Source of the DNA: a virus
Reading direction: 5' to 3' (one strand)
Virus record (IMG/VR): IMGVR_UViG_3300021963_000054
Coordinates: 40,952-104,951 of that record
DNA length: 64,000 nt
Part shown: piece by piece, positions 10,951 through 21,031 of the stretch
How positions within the stretch are numbered: position 1 is the first letter of the stretch
Layout: each line of letters starts with the position of its first letter
Made by a program: the position numbers and the translations under genes
Notes under the pieces: model-generated
What the model saw: the letters and a program-made list of their open reading frames with translations, nothing else
Databases searched by the model: none
Told to the model about the DNA's origin: nothing

Positions 10951-12759
10951 ATGCCAACGCAATTACAGTTAAGAAGAGGAAATACAGCGCAGACTGCAAC
11001 ATTTACTGGAGCAGTGGCTGAGATTACCGTTGACACAGATAAGAAAACAGTTGTTGTTCACGACGGCACAACAGCTGGTGGTTTTGCTCTTGCTTTAGAA
11101 TCAGCACAGTTAGACCAATTTGCATTCACAAAAGCAAACTTAGCATTTGATAGAGCAAACTCAGCATTTGCTCAAGCAAATGCAGCCTATGATACAGCTA
11201 ACACAAAATTCAATTCTGCTGGCGGTACAATTTCTGGTAATGTAATCGTAACTGGTAACGTAACTCCAACAACAGATAATGTTTACAGTTTAGGTTCAGC
11301 AGGAAATCGTTGGAAAGATTTGTTTGTTGGACCAGGTTCAGTCAACATTGATGGTATTGTTATCGGAAACACTGGCGGGAATATTGTAATTAGTGGCGCA
11401 TCTGATTTTGTTTTTCAACCCACAGGTGGCGCACCTTCAGTTTCTACTTCCGGTAGTGCTAACATCGCACTCAACGCATTCAATCAAGCTAACTTAGCAT
11501 ACAATCAAGCAAACGTTTCTTATGGTTCTTTTGCACAAGCTAATCTAGCATACAGTCAAGCAAACTCTGGAACTGGTATTGCAGTTTCCGCTTTTGCACA
11601 AGCCAACTTAGCTTATACCGCGGCTAATAATGCTGTAGACACTTGGGTTAGAAATCAAGCTAACACAGCATATGACCAAGCAAATAATGCATTCGCTCAA
11701 GCTAATCTAGCGTTTACGGCTGCAAATAATGCTGTAGACACTTGGGTTAGAAATCAAGCTAACACCGCTTATAATAGAGCAAACTCAGCATTCGCACAGG
11801 CTAACCTAGCTTACGATACAGCAAATGCCGCATTGCCAAAACTTGGTGGTACAATTACTGGTGACTTGACTGTTTCTGGTAACTTAGTTATTTCTGGTAA
11901 TACAACAACACTTAATGTTTCTTCATTGGCTGTTACTGATACTGTTATCCGATTAGGTACAGATAATCAAACCGACCTACTAGATATCGGTTTTGTTGGT
12001 CACTACGCTAATACGCCAAATAATCACACAGGTTTGATTCGTAAATTTAGCGATGGCAAATATTACTTGTTTGATAATTTGCAAACAGATAATGAGCCAA
12101 CTAATATTGTTGATATTGCAAACACAAGAGTTGCAACACTAAGCGCAAATCTAATCACGAACGTAATCTCATTGCGTGGACTTGATCCATTAGAATATTC
12201 AAATACAATTTATACTAATGCACAAGCAAATACAGGCAATGCAGTAATTACATTAACATCTGCTTATCAAGCAAACGTCGGTGCTGGACTTATTACTGTA
12301 ACATCAGATTATCAAGCAAACGTAGGTGCAGGTCTAATTACCAAGGTTGATAAAGCTGGTGATGTAATGACTGGCGGTTTGTCTGCTAACGGCGCAATAA
12401 TTGGCTCAAGTTTGACAGCAAACACTACAGCAACAATTAATACGAATGCTGTTTATGAATCTACTGCTGTAACAACTGCGGCCAATACTCAATTTACATT
12501 AGATTCATTTTCAACAACTGCATATCGTTCAGCTAAATATCTCGTTCAGATTTCTAGCGGTTCATCATATGAATTACTAGAAATGACTTTGATCCATGAT
12601 GGAACGACTGTGTATTTGTCTCAGTATGGTAACATTAAAACTGGTGCAACATTAGGTGTATTTGACGCTACAATTTCAACTGGTACTTTAAGTTTGTTAG
12701 CTACACCAAACAATGCAGTAACTACGTTCAAGACAGCTATAACTCTGATACCGACATAA
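10951..12759 (+). CDS. tail fibre protein with major-tropism-determinant N-terminal (Mtd_N)-like domain
   Basis: MPTQLQLRRG..FTGAVAEITVDTDKKTVVVHDG.TAGG; AFAQANLAY coiled-coil repeats (99-bp period repeat at 11626/11725); C-terminal YRSAKYLVQ..HDGT..QYG domain. Confidence 0.75.
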   Translation: MPTQLQLRRGNTAQTATFTGAVAEITVDTDKKTVVVHDGTTAGGFALALESAQLDQFAFTKANLAFDRANSAFAQANAAYDTANTKFNSAGGTISGNVIVTGNVTPTTDNVYSLGSAGNRWKDLFVGPGSVNIDGIVIGNTGGNIVISGASDFVFQPTGGAPSVSTSGSANIALNAFNQANLAYNQANVSYGSFAQANLAYSQANSGTGIAVSAFAQANLAYTAANNAVDTWVRNQANTAYDQANNAFAQANLAFTAANNAVDTWVRNQANTAYNRANSAFAQANLAYDTANAALPKLGGTITGDLTVSGNLVISGNTTTLNVSSLAVTDTVIRLGTDNQTDLLDIGFVGHYANTPNNHTGLIRKFSDGKYYLFDNLQTDNEPTNIVDIANTRVATLSANLITNVISLRGLDPLEYSNTIYTNAQANTGNAVITLTSAYQANVGAGLITVTSDYQANVGAGLITKVDKAGDVMTGGLSANGAIIGSSLTANTTATINTNAVYESTAVTTAANTQFTLDSFSTTAYRSAKYLVQISSGSSYELLEMTLIHDGTTVYLSQYGNIKTGATLGVFDATISTGTLSLLATPNNAVTTFKTAITLIPT

Positions 12760-12789
12760 TAAAATTCATAAACAAAGGGATAGTGAACT

Positions 12790-14745
12790 TTGGCAACAAC
12801 AAGATTATCAACAGTAATTGGTAACGTCATTGTAGGCGCTACTGGACCTACGGGTCCAACAGGTCCCACTGGTCCTACACCATCAATTGGCGGTTCAAAC
12901 ACTCACATTCAATTCAACAATAGTGGTTCTTTAGGTGGATCTTCTAGTTTAGTTTGGAATGGTACAGGGTTGAGTGTTGCAGGAGATATATTTGCAACTG
13001 GCAATAAAATTATAGGTATTAACGGCACAGGAGTTGCTGCCGGTACTTTTGCTTTTAGAAATTCTTCGGGTGTACAAAAGTCTGCTATTGGTTCATATTA
13101 CAATATTGCGAATGAGGGGAACCTTGAGTTTATAAATGGCACAACCACTAGTATGGTGCTTAATTCTAGCGGTAACTTGGGTATTGGGACAAGTTCGCCT
13201 CAAGGCTCATTAGATGTTACGGCTACAGGTGCAACAGTTAATCAATTTTTGACTGGCGGCGGTGGTAACAATTCAGTAACAGGCATTTTTAGAATTGGCT
13301 CTGGCTCGGGTAGAGGTGCGAGTATCCAAGGCTTTCGTGGTGCATCTTCTAATATCCACAGCCTAGATTTCTACACATACAATTCCGCTGATGTTTTTGG
13401 TATGCGCCTTGATTCCAGCGGTAACTTGGGTATTGGTACAAGTTCTCCAGCGGCTGATTTAGAAATTAAACGAACAGGAGCAGTCAATGTTAAATTACAA
13501 GTAACTAGTGCTTATGAATCTGCATTATGGCTTGTAAATGGAGGAGGCTCTGAAGTAAGTGTTATTAACGCTGGAGGTAGTAATATACTTTCGTTTCGCA
13601 CTAACAACACCGAGCGTATGCGTATCGACTCCAGCGGTAACGTAGGATTAACAACATCTGCATATACTCTTGGCTCCTTGTTGCAATTGGGTCGAGTATT
13701 TTCTTTTGCTCAAGATATTAACAGTGGATATTTAGGCGCTGGCTGGGTTGGTGGGTCAGCGCCAACTTTTGCAGTCACGGGCAATTATGCAGTACGTGAA
13801 TATTTTGATAGTGCCCTAGGTACAATAGTTTGGCAGACGGCGGGAACAGGCACGGCAGGAAACGCAGTTGGTTTTGCCACAAGAATGACTCTCGATAACG
13901 CTGGTAACTTGGGTATTGGCACTACAACACCTTCAACTGGTAAATTTAGTGATGCGTCATATGCGTTTCTAAATCAATCTGCAAGCACTAGCACAGGCAC
14001 AAATATTTTTGCCAGCAATTCTGATAACTCAAAATATATTGGCTTATGGAGCGGACATTCAGGGGCAGAGCCTGCAATTGGTGTTAAGACTGGAAATGCA
14101 TTTACATTTGGTAAATGGGCGGCAATAAACGGAACTGGTGGTTTTACCGAAAATATGCGTATCGACTCTAGTGGCTCATTATTATTAGGTACAACAACTA
14201 ACCCAACATCTGGCAGTTTTCCTCGTCCCACTTTATCAATAAAACAGTTGAATGATTCAGGTAGCGGGTACACCGCTATGCATATTGAGGCATTTGGGGA
14301 TCAGTCAGTGCTTGGTATTGGTTATAACGGCGATGTTTTTGCATTTAGTACGTCATACCGCGGCACAGGAGCTTACCGAGGTATATCTTTCAACACAAGT
14401 GGTACTGAAAGAATGCGTATCGACACCAGCGGTAACTTTAGCATTACTCAAACACCTGGTAAATACACAGTTGACGTAACTGGAGGAGCTACCAGTATTG
14501 CTAACGGCGGCACAGTTGATTTTCCTAGTGCGTCAGGAATGCTAGTAGTGAATAATTGGTTAAATGGAGCCGTAACACTATACCTTTGCGGTGGCGGATC
14601 AGTAACTGTAGTTTCAAACGTCATTGCTCAAGCTGGATCTTTTGCTTATAACAGTGGTATTGGTGGGTATACTTGGACTAATAATGTTTATGGTGGAACT
14701 GCTACATTTGGGTTCTTCTTTGTCCGAACAAGAACAACAGCCTAA
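12790..14745 (+). CDS. mosaic tail fibre protein (short collagen plus ERMRIDSSGN repeats)
   Basis: 651 aa, TTG start; GPT triplets; six M(R/V/T)(I/L)(D/N)xxG(N/S) repeats separating variable modules. Confidence 0.75.
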   Translation: MATTRLSTVIGNVIVGATGPTGPTGPTGPTPSIGGSNTHIQFNNSGSLGGSSSLVWNGTGLSVAGDIFATGNKIIGINGTGVAAGTFAFRNSSGVQKSAIGSYYNIANEGNLEFINGTTTSMVLNSSGNLGIGTSSPQGSLDVTATGATVNQFLTGGGGNNSVTGIFRIGSGSGRGASIQGFRGASSNIHSLDFYTYNSADVFGMRLDSSGNLGIGTSSPAADLEIKRTGAVNVKLQVTSAYESALWLVNGGGSEVSVINAGGSNILSFRTNNTERMRIDSSGNVGLTTSAYTLGSLLQLGRVFSFAQDINSGYLGAGWVGGSAPTFAVTGNYAVREYFDSALGTIVWQTAGTGTAGNAVGFATRMTLDNAGNLGIGTTTPSTGKFSDASYAFLNQSASTSTGTNIFASNSDNSKYIGLWSGHSGAEPAIGVKTGNAFTFGKWAAINGTGGFTENMRIDSSGSLLLGTTTNPTSGSFPRPTLSIKQLNDSGSGYTAMHIEAFGDQSVLGIGYNGDVFAFSTSYRGTGAYRGISFNTSGTERMRIDTSGNFSITQTPGKYTVDVTGGATSIANGGTVDFPSASGMLVVNNWLNGAVTLYLCGGGSVTVVSNVIAQAGSFAYNSGIGGYTWTNNVYGGTATFGFFFVRTRTTA

Positions 14746-14753
14746 GGAAAAAA

Positions 14754-15026
14754 ATGGAATATACTGTCAACAAGATTCAAGACCAATCATTTGGATATAA
14801 TATTTCAATGGAACATTTGGGGAAAAAAATTAACTTTAATGTTTTTTGTGCAAACAGTGAAACTGAAATTCCCGAATTGGTAGCCCATCACCTTGCTTTT
14901 TTAGAAGCACCCGTTCCTGTATATCAGACTGAACCCCAAGTCTCTAGTTTACAAACTTTACTAGAACAACAACAAGCACTCATCACCCAACTGCAAGCCG
15001 ATGTAGCGGCGCTTAAAGGAGCATAA
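14754..15026 (+). CDS. small fibre partner/chaperone-like protein with C-terminal coiled coil
   Basis: 90 aa ending LLEQQQALITQLQADVAALKGA, like the coiled-coil tail of S74 chaperones. Confidence 0.6.
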   Translation: MEYTVNKIQDQSFGYNISMEHLGKKINFNVFCANSETEIPELVAHHLAFLEAPVPVYQTEPQVSSLQTLLEQQQALITQLQADVAALKGA

Positions 15027-15032
15027 ACAATG
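14967..15032 (+). repeat. 66-bp direct repeat, copy 1 (copy 2 at 19041-19106)
   Basis: 63/66 identical; spans the gene 3' end, RBS AAGGAG, stop and next ATG. Confidence 0.95.
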
Positions 15033-15071
15033 TCAACAATCACATGGAACATCAGCGACAAGACTATATAA
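15030..15071 (+). pseudogene. 13-codon N-terminal remnant (MSTITWNISDKTI*) of a small tail-associated gene
   Basis: Good RBS; resembles the start of the 21298 ORF (MRTIVWNVS); truncated exactly where the 37-bp repeat begins. Confidence 0.6.
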
Positions 15072-15094
15072 AATATGGCATCTAATCAAGACTT
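15058..15094 (+). repeat. 37-bp exact repeat of cassette leader and start (copy 2 at 21645-21681)
   Basis: acaagactatataaaatatggcatctaatcaagactt at both sites; the 20-nt coding part is also at 23736. Confidence 0.95.
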
Positions 15095-16064
15095 CATCAT
15101 AAAGAATGGGCTAACAGTTGGCTCATCGCAAGTGATTGCAGCCAATGGTCGTTGGGTTGGTGCCAACACAGGACTTATTGGTCCACAGGGAAGTGCTGGT
15201 CCTGCAGGTCCTCAAGGCGCTCAGGGAGCAACTGGTCCACAGGGAGCGGCTGCACCTTGGACAGTAATTACAACAAACACTACTGCAACATCAGGTCAAC
15301 AATTAATTGCAAATACTTATACTGGTGGATTCATAGTAACATTACCAGCTTCACCTTCAGTTGGTAATGTAGTTAGAATTACCGATGGTTATGATTGGTC
15401 AGTAAATAATTTAACTATTGCGGGTAATGGAAGTACAATTGAAAATTCAGTTAATGATTTGTTAGCTGACGTTAGAGGAACAACAATTGAACTTGTTTAT
15501 GATAGTTATACATGGCAAGTTGTATCAACGATTGGTCCAACAGGACCTACCGGCGCAACAGGACCAACGGGTCCAACAGGTCCGCAAGGAGCACAAGGAC
15601 CAGGCGGACCAACTGGACCTACTGGCGCACAAGGATTGACTGGTTCTACTGGACCAACAGGACCGCAAGGTGCCCAAGGCGCACAAGGTCCTACTGGCGC
15701 AACAGGACCAACTGGTGCTCAAGGTGCTCAAGGTCCAACAGGAGCAACAGGTCCGACAGGCCCAGCTGGACCACAAGGATCTACTCCACCAATTAATGGT
15801 TCAAACACGAATATTATTTTTAATAATGCTGGCACTTTAGCTGGCTCTAATAATTTTACATGGAATGGTTCAAAAGTAACTGTAACCGGTGAGAATCATG
15901 CGAATGTTCATGTAGCAACAAATGGAATTGTAGTGAACAGTTTAAATGTAGCAACTAGTTATACAATTGCGGCTGGCTATTCCGGCACATCAGCTGGACC
16001 AATTACCGTGAATTCTGGCGCAACAGTTACTATAGCGTCTGGTTCACGCTGGGTAATAGTTTAA
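15075..16064 (+). CDS. collagen-like fibre protein with T4 gp10-like adaptor domain
   Basis: [13 protein letters not shown] anchor, two G-X-Y tracts flanking a [26 protein letters not shown] domain, C-terminal [22 protein letters not shown]. Confidence 0.75.
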   Translation: MASNQDFIIKNGLTVGSSQVIAANGRWVGANTGLIGPQGSAGPAGPQGAQGATGPQGAAAPWTVITTNTTATSGQQLIANTYTGGFIVTLPASPSVGNVVRITDGYDWSVNNLTIAGNGSTIENSVNDLLADVRGTTIELVYDSYTWQVVSTIGPTGPTGATGPTGPTGPQGAQGPGGPTGPTGAQGLTGSTGPTGPQGAQGAQGPTGATGPTGAQGAQGPTGATGPTGPAGPQGSTPPINGSNTNIIFNNAGTLAGSNNFTWNGSKVTVTGENHANVHVATNGIVVNSLNVATSYTIAAGYSGTSAGPITVNSGATVTIASGSRWVIV

Positions 16065-16072
16065 GGAAAAAA

Positions 16073-17341
16073 ATGAGTTCAATTGTTGTTTCAGGTGATA
16101 CAAGCGGCGCAGTAACATTAAATGCACCAACGGTTGCGGGTACGGTAACTGTAACATTACCGTCTACTACTGGCACGATGCTAACAACAGCATCAACAAC
16201 GGGCATCAGCGGTAGCGCAATATCTTCGGGTACTGTTGCAGAGGCTTATGGCGGCACAGGCACTACAACGGGCTACTACGGCTTCAAGAACCGCATCATC
16301 AATGGTGGCATGACAATTGACCAGAGAAATGCTGGTGCTCTTGTAAGTGGTGCTTTAGCTGGCTCATACGTTTTGGATAGATGGAAGTTTTGGGTTAATG
16401 GAGGCGGCGGTTCTGCCGCTTATACTGTTCAGCAATCAACAATTTCACCAGCTGGTTTTACAAACTCAATTGCTATTACACAAACAGCTTCCCATTCGCC
16501 AATTACCACTCAGTATAATGCAATTGCTCAATATATTGAGGGATATAATGTTGCAGATTTTGGGTGGGGCGAGGCTGGAGCAACTGCCGTTACTTTATCT
16601 TTTTGGGTTCGCAGTTCTTTAACAGGAACATTTGGGGGTGCTGTATCAAATTCAAGTCAAGCTAGGTCGTATCCATTCACATATACCATTAGTTCTGCAA
16701 ACACTTGGGAATATAAAACAATCACAATTCCTGGAGATACTACTGGCACTTGGATCAAAAATAATGGCGCAGGTATTCTTTTATTTTGGCAACTTGGCGT
16801 TGGCTCAACATATCTGGGTACTGCTACAGGCGCTTGGCAGGCAGCTACATATCTTGGTGCAACAGGTGCTACACAAATCACCGCAACAAACGGAGCCACC
16901 TTCTACATCACAGGTGTCCAGTTGGAAAAAGGCGCAACAGCGACTAGCTTTGACTACAGACCATATGGGACTGAGTTGCAACTTTGTCAGCGATACTTTC
17001 AAAGTTTTTCATACACAGGCGGAACAATGATTGCTACTGGCAGTACATTTGGAACAAGTACTGGAGCGATTCCTTTTAGTTTTTATTTCCCAATGCGTAC
17101 AACGCCCTCAACAATAACACTTCCAGCAGTGGGAAACACTAGTGGGCAATGGACAGTTTTAACTCCCGCAGGAGGTTTTCCGGGGACATTTGGAACGATT
17201 ACCCTTAACAGCGCAGGCCAAAATAACATGAGGTTAAATTTTGATGGTTATACAGGAGTTTATGCTTCCTCTGGTCAGGCGGCATTTCTGTACGCTTGTG
17301 GCTCAACGACTACGGTTGTAACTGCATCTGCGGAGTTGTAA
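16073..17341 (+). CDS. tail fibre/receptor-binding protein with carbohydrate-binding-like jelly-roll
   Basis: FKNRIINGGMTIDQRN...TLSFWVRS...GVQLEKG..ATSFDYRPYGTELQLCQRYF family motifs. Confidence 0.7.
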   Translation: MSSIVVSGDTSGAVTLNAPTVAGTVTVTLPSTTGTMLTTASTTGISGSAISSGTVAEAYGGTGTTTGYYGFKNRIINGGMTIDQRNAGALVSGALAGSYVLDRWKFWVNGGGGSAAYTVQQSTISPAGFTNSIAITQTASHSPITTQYNAIAQYIEGYNVADFGWGEAGATAVTLSFWVRSSLTGTFGGAVSNSSQARSYPFTYTISSANTWEYKTITIPGDTTGTWIKNNGAGILLFWQLGVGSTYLGTATGAWQAATYLGATGATQITATNGATFYITGVQLEKGATATSFDYRPYGTELQLCQRYFQSFSYTGGTMIATGSTFGTSTGAIPFSFYFPMRTTPSTITLPAVGNTSGQWTVLTPAGGFPGTFGTITLNSAGQNNMRLNFDGYTGVYASSGQAAFLYACGSTTTVVTASAEL

Positions 17342-17343
17342 TC

Positions 17344-17508
17344 ATGTACAAACTAATAAACACACAAACACCAAACGGCTTGCAATTGAGTGATTACGCT
17401 TTGCGATTATCTGATGGCGCTTTTGTCAATAGAGAAAACAACGAAGAGTATCTAAAATGGCTTGCAGAGGGCAACACGCCTGAACCAGCGGACGAAGGAA
17501 CAGCATGA
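17344..17508 (+). CDS. small fibre-associated protein (54 aa)
   Basis: ATG 2 nt after the upstream stop; RLSDGAF...EYLKWLAEGNTPEPAD motif. Confidence 0.7.
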   Translation: MYKLINTQTPNGLQLSDYALRLSDGAFVNRENNEEYLKWLAEGNTPEPADEGTA

Positions 17509-19034
17509 CAACAACTATTAATGCAGATACCACAAACGGCGTTAAGATAACATCTGATACATCAGGCGTTTTAGGTCTACAAACTAATGGTAATACAGCC
17601 GTTACAATTAATGGAAGTCAAAATGTGGGGATTGGGACTACAACACCAGATATTTTTAGCCGTGGTTATGGAAGAACTGTTGGAATCAATGATTCTGGTT
17701 CAAGTGGTGCGGTTTTACAAATAAATTCTGCATCTTCATATTCTGCTTTAGAATTAGGTAGAGGCGGTGTAAGAAAAGCATTTTTTACAGCACAATCAAC
17801 TGTTACGGAATTAGGAAACTTAGAGGCTGTTCCGTTAGCTTTTTATACTAACAGCGCAGAGCGTGCCCGTATCGACTCCAGCGGTAACTTGGGTATTGGG
17901 ACTACAAGTCCAGATGCAAAACTAGATGTAACTTCTATAGGTACTGCATCAGCGTACACAGTCACGGCAGTTATTCAAGACGCACAATATCCTGCAAGTG
18001 GCAACTCAACACTTGAATTTAATGGGTTTATTGGTGGTAATGGTTATCGTTCTGGCATTGGCTCTATTGGTGGTCAACAACTTGCTTTTTACACTCCAAG
18101 CACTTTTGGTGTTGCTCCAACAGAGCGTGCCCGTATCGACTCCAGCGGTAACTTGCTGGTGGGGACTACGACAGCAAGTGCAAACTTTTATGTTTATAAC
18201 GCTCCTGTTTCGTATGCAGGATTAAATACAACGGCAATTTTTAGTTCGTCAGCATCGCAATCAACAGGTACAGGTGGTTTGATAGCTTTTGAGGGCAAAT
18301 ACACCTCTGGCGGTTCTCTTGCTAATTTTGCGGCTATTGGCGGGTTAAAAGAAAATTCAACCGATAGTAACTATTCTGGTTACCTTGGTTTCTATACTCG
18401 CTTAAATGGTTCTTTACCGGCAGAGCGCATGCGGCTGGACTCCAGCGGTAAATTGCTTTTGGGTGTTACATCTGGAACAGGATTGTCTGTTGGTGATTTT
18501 GCCATGGCGAATGGTAAGGCTATTCGTTTTAGAAATGCCGCTGACAGCGCATATATAAGTGCGTTTGAGTTTAATACATCAAATGGTTTAGACATAGGAA
18601 AAAACGGTTCTTTGGCCACTATTACTTTTGGTATTAGTGGTATTGGTGAGGTGAGCCGATTTGACACCAGCGGTCAATTGCTGGTAGGGACTACAACATC
18701 TGCGGGTGCTGTATCCAATACCAAAAGAATAGTTGGTGGGTCATTTAGTTCGTTTAATGGTGTATTAACTTCAGTAAGCAGTGGTGTCGCATACACGATG
18801 TTTACCATGACTGCTGACTTTACATCTTATTTGGTTACAGTTTCTGCTTTAGTTTCTACTGCGGCTTATTCAGAAACTGCAATAGTCCATTTAAACAATA
18901 CCTCCGTAAATGTAATAGTAATTGCCGGGGGGTCTGCTATTACAATCCAAAATACAGGTATGGCTGTACAAGTTTACCAAAGTTCAGGTGCAACAGTATC
19001 AGAGTTAATATGGTCTGCAATACGAATAACTTAA
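17505..19034 (+). CDS. mosaic tail fibre protein with ERARIDSSGN repeats
   Basis: 509 aa; 35-bp exact repeat at 17857-17891 and 18121-18155. Confidence 0.75.
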   Translation: MTTTINADTTNGVKITSDTSGVLGLQTNGNTAVTINGSQNVGIGTTTPDIFSRGYGRTVGINDSGSSGAVLQINSASSYSALELGRGGVRKAFFTAQSTVTELGNLEAVPLAFYTNSAERARIDSSGNLGIGTTSPDAKLDVTSIGTASAYTVTAVIQDAQYPASGNSTLEFNGFIGGNGYRSGIGSIGGQQLAFYTPSTFGVAPTERARIDSSGNLLVGTTTASANFYVYNAPVSYAGLNTTAIFSSSASQSTGTGGLIAFEGKYTSGGSLANFAAIGGLKENSTDSNYSGYLGFYTRLNGSLPAERMRLDSSGKLLLGVTSGTGLSVGDFAMANGKAIRFRNAADSAYISAFEFNTSNGLDIGKNGSLATITFGISGIGEVSRFDTSGQLLVGTTTSAGAVSNTKRIVGGSFSSFNGVLTSVSSGVAYTMFTMTADFTSYLVTVSALVSTAAYSETAIVHLNNTSVNVIVIAGGSAITIQNTGMAVQVYQSSGATVSELIWSAIRIT

Positions 19035-19037
19035 TTT

Positions 19038-19100
19038 ATGCAACAACAAGTCCTCATCACCCAATTGCAAGCCGATGTAGCGGCGCTTAAAGGAGCATAA
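19038..19100 (+). pseudogene. 20-codon remnant (MQQQVLITQLQADVAALKGA*) of chaperone C-terminus
   Basis: Nearly identical to the last 19 codons of 14754..15026; supplies the RBS for 19104. Confidence 0.65.
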
Positions 19101-19103
19101 ACA

Positions 19104-20966
19104 ATGGCAATCACGCTAGACGGTACTACAGGAATAACTACGCCAGGATTGTCCTTGGCTATTGAGAATTTTTCCACAACGGGCAACACTACGCTTGGTG
19201 ATGCAAGTACCGATACTCTTAATGTGGGTAATGGCGGTTTGGTAAAAGATGCAAACGGCAATGTAGGTATTGGGACTACTTCTCCAGTACTAAGACTGCA
19301 TGTATCTGAATCAAACGGTTCTGGAGCTATGCAACTTGGATCTAACACTGCCAGTCAATATCAATACATTAATTTTGGTGGTGCAAGTGGCGGACAAAAC
19401 GCCTGGCAGATAGGTAAAGCAGATGCTAGTGGTTCAATTGTTCCATCTCAGGGATTTTATCTATATGACTTTAAAAATTCTGTAACTAGAATGGTTGTTG
19501 ACACATCGGGTAATGTAGGTATTGGGACAACCTCAGCCTCCGCATCTTATGGCAGACTTACTGTTGCAGGAACAGGAATTTCAATTACACCGGATACAAG
19601 TGCCAAACTGCAAATAGGTAGGTATAGTGCAGGTGCCCCTTTCAGTTATATTAAGATGGGGTCAACATCGTCAGGTTTAAAAATTACTGACCCTGCTGAT
19701 TCAGTAGATTTGATAACCCTCACTGCTAACGGTGACTTCGGTATAGGGACCAGTGCGCCGACGGGTAAATTAACGGTTGATCCGGGTTCTACCTCTGGCA
19801 CACGAATTGACGGATTACATCTACCTAAAAACCTTACTGCACAAGCAAATTATTTGGCTTGGCAACAGGGTGTGAATGGATGGCGGGTGGGTATTGTATA
19901 TAACGATAACACTTACCCCCTGGCTTTTTACTACGGAGCATCAACTCCTACAGCATCATCCCCAGGCACCGAATTAATGAGAATAGATTCCGACGGTAAC
20001 TTAGGGGTGGGTGTTACACCTAATGGAGTATCACTAGGCGGCAGCTACAAATTGCTTTCACTTGGAAAGTCCGGGGGATCCGGGATTTTTATGGGGCAGA
20101 CGGATCTAACTACTGCTGGTTCATATTCCGCTCAATTTTTAGGTAAGACAATCGGAGCTTCTGGGTATCAAATACACGGAGGGATGGTGATTGGAGCAGA
20201 GGGATCATCTAGCACTAATGCTACTGGACTAGTAACATTCTATACAGCAACTGGTGGAACCATTTTAGAACGTATGCGAATAGATTCAGGTGGTTTTGTT
20301 GGTATAGGCACTACTGCATCTTACAGCTCGGTATGGGGCGCTGATTCATGGCAACTAAACATAGGCGGGTCAAGATCCTATAGTTCTCTTATTCTTGGTA
20401 ATACTAGTCGTTTCTATTCAATGGGTGCTGGTGCTGGTTATCATTATATGTCTTATGACCATACAGCGGCAGCACACAACATAATAGTAAATACTACCGG
20501 AGTAGTTGCCTTAAGAGGAGGCGCCTACTCCACAGCCACGGGTGTAGGCATCGCTTTTCCTCCAACTCAAGTCGCATCAACTGACGCAAATACACTGGAT
20601 GATTATGAAGAGGGGACTTGGACACCAGCCATTTCTGGTTTTACGTTAACTGTACCCCGCGCCAACTATACAAAAATTGGTAGATTAGTTACCGTATCTG
20701 CCACATTAACCACATCAAGTGGTAGTGGTTCAGGCTCTGTGGCTATTACTAATCTTCCTTTTCCAGGAGCTATTGGGGAATTCACCGGTGCTGTAATGTT
20801 AAATAACATAGCATATACCGGTGATCCAGTTTTATACTGTTACCCCCCAAATTCATTTTTCGAAATTTATTTAAGCACTAGCAATAGTTCGTGGGTGACT
20901 TTACAAAAAAATGTTTTGGGGTCGTCCAGCTCCATTATTTTTAGTATTACCTACACCACACCTTAA
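19104..20966 (+). CDS. mosaic tail fibre protein with ANTLDDYEEGTWTP C-terminal domain
   Basis: 620 aa, repeated GNVGIGT units, C-terminal DDYEEGTWTP...YTKIGRLVTV domain. Confidence 0.75.
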   Translation: MAITLDGTTGITTPGLSLAIENFSTTGNTTLGDASTDTLNVGNGGLVKDANGNVGIGTTSPVLRLHVSESNGSGAMQLGSNTASQYQYINFGGASGGQNAWQIGKADASGSIVPSQGFYLYDFKNSVTRMVVDTSGNVGIGTTSASASYGRLTVAGTGISITPDTSAKLQIGRYSAGAPFSYIKMGSTSSGLKITDPADSVDLITLTANGDFGIGTSAPTGKLTVDPGSTSGTRIDGLHLPKNLTAQANYLAWQQGVNGWRVGIVYNDNTYPLAFYYGASTPTASSPGTELMRIDSDGNLGVGVTPNGVSLGGSYKLLSLGKSGGSGIFMGQTDLTTAGSYSAQFLGKTIGASGYQIHGGMVIGAEGSSSTNATGLVTFYTATGGTILERMRIDSGGFVGIGTTASYSSVWGADSWQLNIGGSRSYSSLILGNTSRFYSMGAGAGYHYMSYDHTAAAHNIIVNTTGVVALRGGAYSTATGVGIAFPPTQVASTDANTLDDYEEGTWTPAISGFTLTVPRANYTKIGRLVTVSATLTTSSGSGSGSVAITNLPFPGAIGEFTGAVMLNNIAYTGDPVLYCYPPNSFFEIYLSTSNSSWVTLQKNVLGSSSSIIFSITYTTP

Positions 20967-21031
20967 CCACAAAATTTATTAGCCTGAATGGATTATTAGC
21001 CGGGCACTAACCCAACTTTAAGGAAATTAAA

